64,000 nucleotides of DNA, from positions 35,922-99,921 of the forward strand of contig NIVC01002120.1 of NCBI GenBank assembly GCA_002269645.1. Direction: 5' to 3'. Below the pieces are notes generated by a model. It searched no databases. It worked only from the letters and a program-made list of their open reading frames with translations, and was not told the DNA's origin. Below are positions 48,465 through 61,029 of the stretch, in pieces (within the stretch, counting starts at the first letter, position 1; each line of letters starts with the position of its first letter). The position numbers and the translations under genes are program-made. The stretch comes from Macrostomum lignano. Its lineage: Eukaryota.

Positions 48465-49090
48465 CTTGCTAATAGGGAATTCCCTAAAATACTTGCTAAT
48501 AGGGGGATTCCCTAAAGTACTTGCTAATGGGGGATTCCCTAAAGTACTTTGTAATAGGGGTATTCCCTAAAGTACTTGGTAATAGGGGGATTCCCTAAAG
48601 TACTTGCTAATGGGGGGATTCCCTAAAGTACTTTGTAATAGGGGTATTCCCTAAAGTACTTGGTAATAGGGGGATTCCCTAAAGTACTTGCTAATAAGGG
48701 GGATTCCCTAAAGTACTTTGTAATAGGGGTATTCCCTAAAGTACTTGGTAATAGGGGGATTCCCTAAAGTACTTGCTAATGGGGGGATTCCCTAAAGTAC
48801 TTTGTAATAGGGGTATTCCCTAAAGTACTTGGTAATAGGGGGATTCCCTAAAGTACTTGCTAATAAGGGGGATTCCCTAAAGTATTTGCTAATAGAGGGA
48901 TTCCCTAAAGTACTTGCTAATGGGGGATTCCCTAAAGTACTTGCTAATGGGGGATTCCCTAAAGTACTTGCTAATGGGGGATTCCCTAAAGTACTTGCTA
49001 ATAGGGGGATTCCCTAAAGTACTTGCTAATAGGGGGATTCCCTAAAGTACTTGCTAATAGGGGGATTCCCTAAAGTACTTGCTAATAGAA
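48465..49090. repeat. ~28-bp minisatellite (gggggattccctaaagtacttgctaata), ~22 copies, with a three-unit higher-order pattern in its first half
   Basis: Variants tgct/ttgt/tggt cycle about four times. Confidence 0.95.
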
Positions 49091-49844
49091 ACTCCCAAAG
49101 TACTTTATTATAGTGAATTCCATAGTATTTTTGCTGATACCAAAATTTGCCAAGTATAGATAATGGGGATTCCAAAAATACTCGTTAATAAGGGAAGTCC
49201 CAAAACTATTCCAAACTATGCGGGTTTTTATGACACCAGAAAATTTGCATAAGATAGAAATTTCTAAACTTCGCACCTTCATTCCAGGCATCAACTCTGA
49301 CAGACACTGTAAGTTGGACGAGTTTCTGCCGGCTTTTGCTTTTGTTGTTGAACTCGAAAATTTCAATTTCTCCTCTCCCAACGCCAGCCTCTGCAAGCCA
49401 ATCACTCAACCGAAATTGCCAACCAAAAATATTTGACCGGCTACTTAAAAATTTCTTCGATCATCTTGGGACTCTGCTGATCAGTTCCTTGACAGATTGG
49501 GGGGAGCCGTCCTGAGAAGATTGATGCGCAAGGCGGACTGCTGTGTTTGCGCAGTGCCAGCTGGCTCTCCGGAGCGGCCGCCCGATATCAGTTCCCCCCC
49601 CCCAATTTTCCCATATCATTTTCCTGTCCCGGAGCTGCTGGGACTCCGCAGATGAAGAGGAGGCGGCTCTCCAGCCGGAGCAGCGGCTGCAAATGCGAGC
49701 GAAAATTGGCCTTTCGAACGTTGGCAACTCCGCCTGTGGCTGCCTGGGACAGCGGGCTGAGGGGCGACTGCGGGGCTGGTCTCCGAGATGGGGAGAGGGA
49801 GGGCGAGAGAAAGAGAAGCAGACAAGGAGAGATAGAGGGGTAGA

Positions 49845-50255
49845 TGCGGAGAGGGAGTAGCAGAGAGGGAGAGGCAGAGAGGGAGATGCAGAGATGGAGA
49901 GGTAGAGGGAGAGCCAGAGGGAGATGCAGAGAGGGAGAGGCAGAGAGGAAGAGCCAGAAAGGAGAGGCAGAGAGGGAGAGGCAGAGAGGGAGAGGCAGAG
50001 CGAGGAGAGTCAGAGGGAGAGGCAGAGCGAGGAGAGTCAGAGGGAGAGTCAGAGGGAGAACCAGAGGGTGAGGCAGAGGGTGAGGCAGAGGGAGAGGCAG
50101 AGGGAGAGGCAGAGGGAGAGGCAGAGGGAGAGGCAGAGGGAGAGGCAGAGGGAGAGGCAGAGGGAGAGGCAGAGGGAGAGGCAGAGGGAGAGGCAGAGGG
50201 AGAGGCAGAGGGAGAGGCAGAGGGAGAGGCAGAGGGAGAGGCAGAGGGAGAGGAG
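49845..50255. repeat. 12-bp gagggagaggca repeat
   Basis: Direct reading. Confidence 0.92.
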
Positions 50256-51364
50256 ACAGTGGCAACGGAGAGCTACGATACCCTGAGGTAAGTAGGAAAG
50301 GGTGACGGTAATCGCAAGCAGTCAGCTGATTGCCCATTGTCACCAGCCAGTTGGCCAGTTCGCACCTTGCAGTCAAAGAAGTTGCCTCAAGCCGCAGAGG
50401 CCGCACGGGCTGCTAGGAACATTTTTGCTCTCCCAAATTCCTGGTTGAAAAATGTCAAGCATTCCATCTGAAGCCGGACTGTGGGCCTGACTGACGCGGT
50501 CAGCCCCAGGTCTCCCTCGGTGTCCCGCCGGGCCGGCCTCTCCTTTTCAGCCTATTCAGCCGCGCGCTTTGCAGGAAATCATTTTCAATGCCGCCTCCCC
50601 CGCCTGGCGGATGTTTCAAATCGCTCTGGAGCGCTCAGTTCCGAGAGGCGAGAGCTCTCCGATTGGCTGAGAGAGCCCGAAGGGAAATCCGGCTTCCCGG
50701 CAATCCCAGCAGTTTTCCCCCATCTACTGTTTCTAAAAATAGACGCAGTTCTCCAGGTCGTAAAGTCTAAGATTGGAAAAGTCTGGCCAGGGTCGGACTT
50801 TGCTGGCCTTTTTAGCCCGCTGAGCGATTTGAATGATTTGAGCGATTTCAATGGCGCTGCTTCCGGGGGAGGGGGGCGCTGGGCTGAGGTGAAAGTGTCA
50901 GTCAGCCAGGGGGGACTCAGACCTCAGACGGGGATCAGAGGCTGCGGCGGTGCAGGCGCACTTTCTCGGATAGGAAGAGGGACTTAGAGCCGGAGGGCAC
51001 GGCTGCTGAAGCGGAAAAATTGTGTTTGCAACGCGACTCAGTGCGAGGCGGCTCGCCCTCCCCCATTGATTTGGAGGGCCGCCCGGCCGAAATTCGATTG
51101 GGCTGGCCGGGCAGGTCCGAATTCCGGCTTATCAGCCTCCGCCCGATTTTATCTCTTTATTTTTATCCGGTTCCGCCCGGTCGCCCTTTTCCCGCTACGT
51201 CATCAACCCTTCCAGCCTCCGTCTCCTCCACTTGCCACTGCGCCAATCCACTTGATGTGCGCTGCCGTCCCCCGCTCCCCCGCCGCGCCTGCGGTCCGCG
51301 GCCCTAATTGAATTGAATCGCTTGAATTAGAGTTTGCTGTCTGCCTTAGTGTCTGCCTTAGTGT

Positions 51365-51389
51365 CTGTCTGTCTGTCTGTCTGTCTGTG

Positions 51390-51472
<83 letters not shown>

Positions 51473-51490
51473 GTGTCTGTCTGTCTGTCT
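51365..51490. repeat. (ctgt)n microsatellite
   Basis: Direct reading. Confidence 0.95.
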
Positions 51491-52074
51491 GCCAGCAGTT
51501 CTACTCTCTCAGTGCATTCGCCAGTCCTCCGGCAGCCGGCAGCCGCGGCTCCCCAGTCAGGCCGACTCCCCTGTCATTCAAGTCAACACCGGATGAACTG
51601 CGGCAGGAGAAACGAAAGCCGAGCGGGAATTCCAGATGAAGCCTGCAGCGGATCAGCCGGCTGGCTGACAGGGCGGCGGGGAGGCAGAGAAAGCAGAGCC
51701 GAAAAGCTGGGCCGAACTCGAAGGCAGAGGAACTCCCTCCTCCCGGATAATTACAGGCGAAGGTGGACGAGCGGAACTTTTGAGGATAAAAATCCCAGCG
51801 CCAGAATCCTGGAAGTGATGAGGCTCGAATACTGGAAGCATCATTTCCCGGCGGGATTGTTTTCAAGTCAACACCCCCTCCCTAGCCGATTGGCAGAAGT
51901 TCAACAGGTGTCCGGGATTCTTGGTACGAACTTTTCTTGCTTTCACAGCTGAGCTGCAGGGCTTTGGGTCCTTGGATCTTGAAAATTCGAGTATAAGGCA
52001 GGATTGGGTTAAGGACTCATGGCTCTGGGAATGAAAATTCATGGCCTGAACTGTCTATGACTACATTGTTTATG

Positions 52075-52500
52075 ACACTGTTTATGACCCAAGCTATCTA
52101 TGACTCAAGCTGTCTGTGACCCAAACTGTCTGTGACCCAAGCTGTCTGGGACCCAAACTGTCTATGACCCAAGCTGTCTGTGACCCAAGCTGTCTGTGAC
52201 CCAAGCTGTCTATGACCCAAGCTGTCTATGATCCAAGCTGTCTATGATCCAAGCTGTCTATGATCCAAGCTGTCTGTGACCCAAGCTGTCTATGATCCAA
52301 GCTGTCTATGATCCAAGCTGTCTATGATCCAAGCTGTCTATGACCCAAGCTGTCTATGATCCAAGCTGTCTATGATCCAAGCTGTCTGTGACCCAAGCTG
52401 TCTATGATCCAAGCTGTCTATGATCCAAGCTGTCTGTGACCCAAGCTGTCTGTGACCCAAGCTGTCTGTGACCCAAGCTGTCTATGACCCAAGCTGTCTA
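52075..52500. repeat. 16-bp minisatellite (tgacccaagctgtcta), ~26 copies
   Basis: Direct reading. Confidence 0.95.
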
Positions 52501-53147
52501 TGGGCTTTGGAATTTCATGTTTGCTTCATAACAATCAAGTCTAGAGATGCATCTACAAGCCGCGTGAGTCATCGCATATTCGGGCAAGGTCCGTGTTGCA
52601 CCTCCCTAATTTGCGATTCCAACTGCACAGGGAAGTGCAAGGAAACCGCTCACTCTGAGCGCTTGGAGCAGCTATTTGTGCGCGCGACTCTAGGCTCGTT
52701 GAGGAAATCTCTTGGAGCCGCTCTCCAACACGACCCCGGGGTCGAGCGCCCCCCCCTGCCTCGCCCTGTCCGACCTGATTTCACCCGGCGGCTCGGCAAA
52801 TACCGGCTGGGGGCAGTGATGGCGGAGGGCGGGAGGCTGTAAACCAACACCGGGAGCCTACGTGTTGCCAGCTGGTCCGAGCCTCTCCAACCCACCCCCT
52901 CTCCGCTTCCCCACTACTCGCGAGCGGGCACTTGGAGAACCCGGCAGCAGCTCCTCTCCATCATAGTTGCTTTCAGCTCCAATTTCTGTTTCGATTTCCT
53001 TCTCCCGGTAGCAATTAATTTGATAAGTCAGCCTTCAAATTCGAGCTCGATATACCGAAAGTTTTAGCAGTTTTCAATTAGAGCTTGTACTTCAGTTGGC
53101 TACTAGCAGTAGTAAGAAAATATTCTCGCAAATAAAAATATTTGCAG

Positions 53148-53269
53148 GCTCGGTTCGGACAGCCGGTCGGCTGGACTTTGAGTCGGCCGGACAGCACGAG
53201 CTGCTAATCGCGGCCACGGACTCGGCCACCGGATTAAGCGGCCGCATGCGCCTCCTCATCGGCGTGTTG
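53148..53269 (+). CDS. Fat-like: Fat-like cadherin exon 9
   Basis: ttgcag|GSVRTAGRLDFESAGQHELLIAATDSATG..LIGVL|gtgaga. Confidence 0.88.
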
Positions 53270-53414
53270 GTGAGAATCCGATTTAATCCTGCCCGCGTTT
53301 GACTACTCGCGCGAGTAGGCATGCTGAGAATATTAGCAGATTTTTCTGATTAGAAAATGTGAGTGTTGCCTGGACCAGCTGGGAGGAAAGCAGGGATGTC
53401 CACGCGCTGTCCTG

Positions 53415-53765
53415 AGCGCAGCTCACACAGGGTGTACAGCGGTCCCTGAGCACACAGCTCACACAGGGTGTACAGCGGTCCCTGAGCACACAGCTCACAC
53501 AGGGTGTACAGCGGTCCCTGAGCACACAGCTCACACAGGGTGTACAGCGGTCCCTGAGCACACAGCTCACACAAGGTGTACAGCGGTCCCTGAGCACACA
53601 GCTCACACAGGGTGTACAGCGGTCCCTGAGCACACAGCTCACACAGGGTGTACAGCGGTCCCTGAGCACACAGCTCACACAGGGTGTACAGCGGTCCCTG
53701 AGCACACAGCTCACACAGGGTGTATAGCGGTCCCTGAGCACACAGCTCACACAGGGTGTACAGTG
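53415..53765. repeat. 36-bp minisatellite (cacacagggtgtacagcggtccctgagcacacagct), ~10 copies
   Basis: Direct reading. Confidence 0.95.
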
Positions 53766-53916
53766 GCCCTGACTTTCTCCTCATCAGGCATGTCGTACAC
53801 TCCCTGTGTCTTGAGAATTGGAAATTTTTCGCGAGAGTCGGAGGCGCTACTGCTCAAGCCTGGTCACCTTCAAAACGTCCTCGGTATAATTCTGTACACC
53901 CAACTCCGATCCTCAG

Positions 53917-54219
53917 GATGTTAACGACGAAGCCCCGGAGTTCGAGCTGCCCAGCTACCAGCTCGAGGTCTGCGAGTCCGAGCAGCCCGGCGCCCGGCCC
54001 CTAGCAACGGCGGTTGCCAAGGACGCAGACTCTGGCGCAGGCGGCCGCGTGACCTACGGGCTGGAGGGGCCCGCGAACGCCAGCTTCGAGGTGCGACCGG
54101 ACAGCGGGCAGATCTGGCTGCGGGCCGCGCTGGACTTCGAGACCGTCACCGAGCACCGCGGCTGGCTGACCGCCATCGACAGCGGCGAGCCCCGGCTGAC
54201 CGCCTCAGCGCCGCTGACG
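53917..54219 (+). CDS. Fat-like: Fat-like cadherin exon 10
   Basis: cctcag|DVNDEAPEF..AKDADSGAGG..LDFETV..AIDSGEP..APLT|gtgagt, phase 0-0. Confidence 0.9.
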
Positions 54220-54279
54220 GTGAGTCGTGACCTCGGCTGACCCTGCTGAGCCCTCGGACTCGTTCATTAATCTGAACTC

Positions 54280-54460
54280 TCATCTCCCTGATCCCCAGTC
54301 TGAAATCTCATCTCCCTGATCCCCAGTCTGAAATCTCATCTCCCTGATCCCCAGTCTGAAATCCATCTCCCTGATCTCCAGTCTGAAATTCCATCTCCCT
54401 GATCTCCAGTCTGAAATCTCATCTCCCTGATCTCCAGTCTGAAATTCCATCTCCTTGATC
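54280..54460. repeat. 28-bp minisatellite (atctccctgatccccagtctgaaatctc), ~6 copies
   Basis: Direct reading. Confidence 0.92.
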
Positions 54461-54475
54461 CCCAACCCAACCCAG

Positions 54476-55108
54476 ATTCGAATCCTGAATTTCAACGACA
54501 ACCCACCGGTGTTCATCCGTCCCGAGTTCGAGGCCGCGCTGCCCGCCAGCTCGGCTCCGGGCTCCTTCGTTGCCGCGGTCCGTGCGGTCGACGCCGACGA
54601 TGACGAGGGCGACGCTGATTCGGCGCTGCTGTACGCGCTGGAGCCGAGCTCGAAATCCAGCCTGCTCAGGATCGACTCAAGCAGCGGGGAGGTCACCTAC
54701 TGGCCGGGGCCGCACTCGGCCGCGAATGCCACCATTGAAGTCGTCGCGGGGCTGCTGGCCACAGACGGGGCGCTGGCGGGCCGTGCGCTGCTGCGGGTGC
54801 GGCTGCTCGGCGCCGGCGCCGCCCGCGGCCCGCGCTGCCCGCAGCGGCTGCTGCACGGCCGGCTGAGCGAGGCAGCCCCGGCCGGGTCGGCAGCTTTCAG
54901 CCTGGACTTCCGCCGGGCCTCCGGAGGCGGCGTCGTTTCGTCGCGGATTTTCGGCGACGCAGCTTCGGCGATGGTGGCGACTGAGATCGTCGAGGACGGC
55001 GTCAGCGTTGTCGGATGGCTGAAGACACCGCTGGACAGAGAGCGCCTCCGGCTGCTGGACTTTCAGCTGGAGGTGGCTGATGCAGAGGGCAGGAGAGACG
55101 TGTGCCAG
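54476..55108 (+). CDS. Fat-like: Fat-like cadherin exon 11
   Basis: acccag|IRILNFNDNPPVF..AVDADD..LDRE..DVCQ|gtgagg, phase 0-0. Confidence 0.9.
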
Positions 55109-55137
55109 GTGAGGGGGCAACTGGGTCAAAATCAGTA

Positions 55138-55975
55138 TGGCTAGACTAGCAATCCGTTGTGTTGGCTAGGCTAGCAATCCATTGTGTTAGCAATCCATTG
55201 TGTTGGCTAGGCTAGCAATCCATTGTGTTGGCTAGGCTAGCAATCCATTGTGTTGGCTAGGCTAGCAATCCATTGTGTTGGCTAGACTAGCAATCCATTG
55301 TGTTGGATAGGCTAGCAATCCATTGTGTTGGCTAGGCTAGCAATCCATTGTGTTGGCTAGGCTAGCAATCCATTGTGTTGGCTAGGCTAGCAATCCATTG
55401 TGTTGGCTAGGCTAGCAATCCATTGTGTTGGCTAGACTAGCAATCCATTGTGTTGGATAGGCTAGCAATCCATTGTGTTGGCTAGACTAGCAATCCATTG
55501 TGTTGGATAGGCTAGCAATCCATTGTGTTGGCTAGACTAGCAATCCATTGTGTTGGATAGGCTAGCAATCCATTGTGTTGGCTAGGCTAGCAATCCATTG
55601 TGTTGGCTAGGCTAGCAATCCATTGTGTTGGCTAGGCTAGCAATCCATTGTGTTGGCTAGGCTAGCAATCCATTGTGTTGGCTAGGCTAGCAATCCATTG
55701 TGTTGGCTAGGCTAGCAATCCATTGTGTTGGCTAGACTAGCAATCCATTGTGTTGGATAGGCTAGCAATCCATTGTGTTGGCTAGGCTAGCAATCCATTG
55801 TGTTGGCTAGGCTAGCAATCCATTGTGTTGGCTAGGCTAGCAATCCATTGTGTTGGCTAGGCTAGCAATCCATTGTGTTGGCTAGGCTAGCAATCCATTG
55901 TGTTGGCTAGACTAGCAATCCATTGTGTTGGCTAGACTAGCAATCCATTGTGTTGGCTAGACTAGCAATCCATTC
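55138..55975. repeat. 25-bp minisatellite (ggctaggctagcaatccattgtgtt), ~33 copies
   Basis: Fills Fat intron 11. Confidence 0.97.
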
Positions 55976-56015
55976 TGGTTCATCAGAAAATCACCTGCTC
56001 ATTTCGGCTCCCCAG

Positions 56016-57866
56016 GTGGTTTTGTCCATAGACGATGAAAACGAAAATTCGCCCGAGTTCGACTTCCCCGGCGCCAGCGTTGTCATGGCAACCGACTCGC
56101 CCGCCGGCGCTTTCGTCTACCGCCTGACGGCCAGCGACGCGGACAAGCCGCAGCTGGCCGCGGCCGCACCCGCCAGGTTTGAGCTGCTGGCTGGCGCCGC
56201 GGATCCCCGCCTCCGCCTGGATGGCGACTCCGGCCGCGTCTTCGTGTCCACCGATGGCGCCTGGGCCGGGTCCGCGCGCCTGCGATTCCGCGCCATCGAC
56301 CGGGAGCCACCACATCCGGCTTCGGCCTCGGTGTTCCAGCTCAATGTCACCTTCGCTGGCGTCGGCGGCGTCCCCGAGCTGGCAGTGGCCTGCGACGGCG
56401 ATGGCGCCACCGATGGCGCAGCTCGAAGCCTCCGGCAGCCGGCCGCCCTGGTCTGCCGCGTCCGCCGACACGGCCGCCGCCTGAGCTCCACGGAGACCGA
56501 CGGTCTCACTATCGCTACTCGGCCGCCGGGGCTCCTCCAGGTCGATGTCCTCGAGGCTGGCGACATCCGCCTGCGCCTGCCCGCCCAGCGTCGGAGACAG
56601 CGGCGCTCGACCGCCGCGGGCGCCTCCTCCGTCCAGACCGTCTTCTTCCTGGCCAGCCGGCCGCAGGTCCGCGTCAGCCGGCAGTTCCGCGTCGCACCGC
56701 CGCCAGCGCCGCCCCCGCCGCCAGCGTTCGAGGCGGCCGCCTATTCGCTGGCCGTGCGCGAGGACGAGCCGCCCGGCCGGCCACTGCTTAAACTCCGGGC
56801 GGCGCCCGGCGCGGCTGCCCCGGCCGGCTGCGCTACCGACTGGAGGCGGGCGCGGAGGCGCAGCGCTGGCAGCTACGGCACCTCAGCCTGCGCCCGGACT
56901 CCGGCCTACTGTCCGTCGGCTCCGTCCCGCTGGACCGCGAGACCTTCGCCAGTCTCCAAGTCGTCGCCGTGGTGGAGCTGCCTGACGGTGGCAACGCGTC
57001 CGGTCGCGCCAACCTGACTGTGTCGGTGCTGAATGTCAACGACCAGCCGCCGCGTTGGCCGCCGAACGCTCCCCGCCGGACAGTCGTCCGCGACTCCGTC
57101 CGGCCAGGCGCGGTGTTGGCCGAGTTTCGAGTTCTGCGCGACGCCCCCAACGGCGACGAGGAGCCGCCCGGCATCGTCCGCTGGCGCCTGCTGAACCAGC
57201 GGCCGGCGGGCATCGACATCGACCCTGCCGGTCGCCTGCTGGTGGTCGGGCCGCTCCGCCCGGGTGCCTTCCGCCTCCGCATTGAAGCCATCGACGGTGG
57301 AAGCGTGGGTGGCGCTTGGGGCAGCGGCCTGGCCACGGAGCAGCCGCTGGTGCACCTGCTGGTAGTGCAGCGGGACACTCGGCGGAGACAGCAGCAGCCG
57401 CCGCTGCCGCCGCCAAGGTGCCATCGGCAGGCGATTCGGCTGAACATCTCGGAGGCGGCTACTGTTGGCACTGAGCTATTCAAGGCATCCGCCTTCGCTG
57501 AAGTTGCCGCGGCCAGCAGACGGGAGCGGCAGCAGCGCCTTCGCTACTCGCTGGCTGGCGGAGCGAACGAAGCGCCAGTAGCCGTCGGCGCCTCCAGCGG
57601 GCTGCTGACTCTGGTGGGACCGCTGGACCGCGAGCTGCGCGACCTGCACCGCTTCGAGCTGGAAGTTGTCGCCGTGGACGAGCTCGCCGGCGTCGAGTCA
57701 GCCGGGTGCCGGCTGCGCGTTCGGCTGGGCGTCGGCGATGCGAACGACTGCACGCCGAAGTTTTCCGCTGCTGGCGGCTCCGCTGCTGGATGGCTGCCGC
57801 CGTTGCCGGAGGACGCGCCCGGCGGCACCGCGGTCGGTCGGGTGCGGGCGGTTGACTGCGACATCG
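56016..57866 (+). CDS. Fat-like: Fat-like cadherin exon 12, with an apparent -1 frameshift at ~56792-56830; gene continues beyond the window
   Basis: ccccag|VVLSIDDENENSPEF..AVREDEP in one frame, then LRYRLEAG..LDRETF..NVNDQPP..LDRE..DANDCTP..AVDCDI|gtgagg in the -1 frame. No further cadherin exon recognised up to 64000. Confidence 0.85.
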
Positions 57867-57879
57867 GTGAGGCGGCTCG

Positions 57880-58440
57880 GTGTGGCGCTTGCCTGTTCAC
57901 GGTGTGGGGCTTGCTGGTTCACGGTGTGGGGCTTGCTGGTTCACGGTGTGGGGCTTTCTGGTTCACGGTGTGGGGCTTGTTGGTTCACGGTGTGGGGCTT
58001 GCTGGTTCACGGTGTGGGGCTTTCTGGTTCACGGTGTGGGGCTTGTTGGTTCACGGTGTGGGGCTTGTCAGTTCACGGTGTGGGGCTTGCTGGTTCACGG
58101 TGTGGGGCTTGTCGGTTTACGGTGTGGGGCTTGCTGGTTCACGTGTGGGGCTTTCTGGTTCACGGTGTGGGGCTTGCTGGTTCACGGTGTGGGGCTTTCT
58201 GGTTCACGGTGTGGGGCTTGCTGGTTCACGGTGTGTGGCTTGTCGGTTCACGGTGTGGGGCTTGCTGGTTCACGGTGTGGGGCTTTCTGGTTCACGGTGT
58301 GGGGCTTGCTGGTTCACGGTGTGGGGCTTTCTGGTTCACGGTGTGGGGCTTTCTGGTTCACGGTGTGGGGCTTGCTGGTTCACGGTGTGGGGCTTGTTGG
58401 TTCACGGTGTAGGGCTTGTCGGTTCACGGTGCGGGGCTTG
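57880..58440. repeat. 22-bp minisatellite (ttcacggtgtggggcttgctgg), ~25 copies
   Basis: Starts just after the exon 12 donor. Confidence 0.95.
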
Positions 58441-59399
58441 TAAGACTTCATATTCAAGGTATGAGATTTGAAGAAAAATTTCCACTTTGCTTTTTTCGTT
58501 TACTTTCAGTAGTATCACGCGCCAGGATTTCTACTTTGATTCTCGATTTATTTTTCAAGTGCACCTCGATGCTTTTATTAACTATTAACAAATTATGATT
58601 TAGCTGCCTCATCCAGTGAGGCTGGGCTGGTGATTCACGTCTTCCCATTCCAGAGGCGCTGAACTTCTATACACAAAGTACATAGTTTTAGCGGCCGGCA
58701 AAGTGCAGTCTGCAATTCAGGTCAGCAGCTGCAGTGTCTCCAGAGAAGAAGCAGCAGCATTTCACTTCCTCAATCGTGCGCCCCACCTCCCGCTTGAAGC
58801 GCTGCAGAGGAAGTGTTGAACACATGAATGCTCTGAGGACACTGGCTGAGCTCAATCAGTGCTCAGCGGCAGAGTCTGGGTCAGCTGCCAGCTGTCTCCA
58901 TCCTCAGTCTTCATCCAGCTGCTGCTCGCAGCGTCCTTTGGGCCGGCAAATAGTCGCCACTTTCCCGGCTCTCAAGTGCCTTAAATTGACTTTCGACCGC
59001 GAGCTGCCTTCGCCCGGGGGGGTTTAAAAGTGCCTGTTGGATGGGCTTTTTATCTGAGTTTAATCCTCTGTGAAAAGTGGCATAAAATTCTCTCTCCATC
59101 ATGTTTGGCTGCACTTTATAATGTGGGACGTGCACTCCGGGCTGGGGCGGGCATGTGTGGTGTGAACCCAAGCGCAATGTGCATGGCAGAGTGCAACCCC
59201 CTGCCCACTCACTACTCACTGCTTTCTAAAGCCATTGTCCAAAACTGGTTCAGGATGGCTGAATTGCCTGCGATGTAGGAAAGTGACTTCAATGGTTTTT
59301 TATCCGGACAGTTTTAGCTGTAGTTCAGGATGAGGCTGGGCGGCTGGGAGAGGCTGCGAGAGGGGGAGAAGGGAAATGGAGAAAGTTGGATTTGGGAAA

Positions 59400-59735
59400 T
59401 TGAGGCAGCAGAGAGCAGGAAAGATGAGAGAGAGAGAGATGAGGGAGAGAGATGAGGGAGAGAGATGAGGGAGAGAGATGAGGGAGAGAGATGAGGGAGA
59501 GAGATGAGGGAGGGAGATGAGAGAGGGAGATGAGAGAGGGAGATGAGAGAGGGAGATGAGGAAGGGAGATGAGGGAGGGAGTGAGATGAGGGAAAGAGAA
59601 GAGGGAGACGGATGAGGGAGAGAGGGAGAGAGAGAGAGAGGAGAGGGAGAGAGGAGAGGGAGAGAGGAGAGGGAGAGAGGAGAGGGAGAGAGGAGAGGGA
59701 GAGAGGAGAGGGAGAGAGGAGAGGGAGAGAGGACA
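59400..59735. repeat. GA-rich simple repeat
   Basis: gagagagatgagg and gagaggagaggga units. Confidence 0.92.
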
Positions 59736-61029
59736 GAAGCGGAGATGCAGACCAGAGATAGCGCATGGGTCGCACGGTGATTTCAGGCCGGCCCACCTGT
59801 CCATCAGTGGTGACGCAACCGGCCACCTGATGAGGGCGGGGGCGGCCCAGCCGTTATTAGGAACCCGGGTCATCCGCAGAGTTTTGTGCCCCCCCCCATT
59901 AGAGCGGCTCGGGCTGGGCCTTCGAACTCAGCTTTCATCTCGAATTCGAAACACCTGTGGAGTCCCAGCTAAAAATAGCGGTGATGCATTTTGTCATTCC
60001 GCCCGCACCTGGCCGCCCGCCCTCGTGCTGAACTGACTCGAACCCCAGACTCGAAATTTGTCCATCTTTTTCTTGGTGTGACTCACTCTTGATCAATTTT
60101 AACTGTGGGGATTATTTTCCCATAAGCGATTCTGTTCCCATCAAGACACACCTTGGAGTGCGGCGGTCTGGGACTCCCTGCCTCACCCGGCTGACCCGGC
60201 CAAGGAGTCCTTGGATTCAACAGCTCACATCTCATCACAGCTGACTTCCGAAACCGATTCTGCAGAATGTTTTTCATTTTTTCACAGTTTCATATTTTCC
60301 CAATCAGGGTCTCTTAACCAATTTCACTAAGGCTGGAGGGGTGACAGCTTCCTCTCCAGATCTATTAAATACACCCCCGCACGCTCCCGGCGACCCCAAC
60401 CAGCTGCGCAGATTCCCAGATCCCAGATATCCCAGCGGGGCCTCCTGCGCATCCTGCGCGTCCCCCCGGACCGCGGAAGTCGTATTAATAACCTGCAGGC
60501 TCCATCCGTGTGCCGCAGTATCCTGCAGGTGAGGCCGCATCGCGGGGGTCTCCCAGGCGGGCTGGTGGCGCCGGACCCCTGGCCGAATATATCAATCAGC
60601 TGAATTGTGCACTTCGCCCGCATAAAACAATAATTGGGGCGCTGGGACCGGCAGCCGGGGTGGGGGGTCTATATTTATCCCAGGATTGCGGGCGGCCAAC
60701 TTCCATAGATGGGATCGCGGCGGATGACTTCTCCGAATCTGAAGGAGAAAAGTGCAACTGAAACTCCAGCCTCCAGATGGAGCACTTCCAGACTGCCAAC
60801 AGATTTTATCTGCGAGTTTTCGGCCCGGGCGAAATTTCCCGCCAGCTCAATTTCCTTCATCGGAGGCTGGGCCGCAGCGATGAGGCTGTGCTAATTTTCC
60901 AAGCGGCTGACTTCTTGTGGCGGCCGCCTTTCTGAAAGAGTGACAAATCTGTTGGGATTGGGAGGCTGAGATCGGGATCGATGAGGGACTGCTGACATGT
61001 GGCTTGATTGTGGCTAGAGCAGTGAGAGG

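Noticed and set aside
56787-56793. CTTAAAC resembling the UUUAAAC -1 slippery site
   Set aside because: One mismatch, wrong phase, and the -1 frame has a stop at 56789-56791.
30198-58471. Many overlapping alternative-frame and antisense ORFs over GC-rich exons, and repeat-derived ORFs (QPPQPF, YRNTAT, EQEQNR, LPLPLP, FTVWG)
   Set aside because: Expected from stop-poor high-GC or periodic sequence; no domain signatures.
59826-59860. CTGATGA followed by a GC stem (hammerhead-like)
   Set aside because: No GAAA box after the stem.
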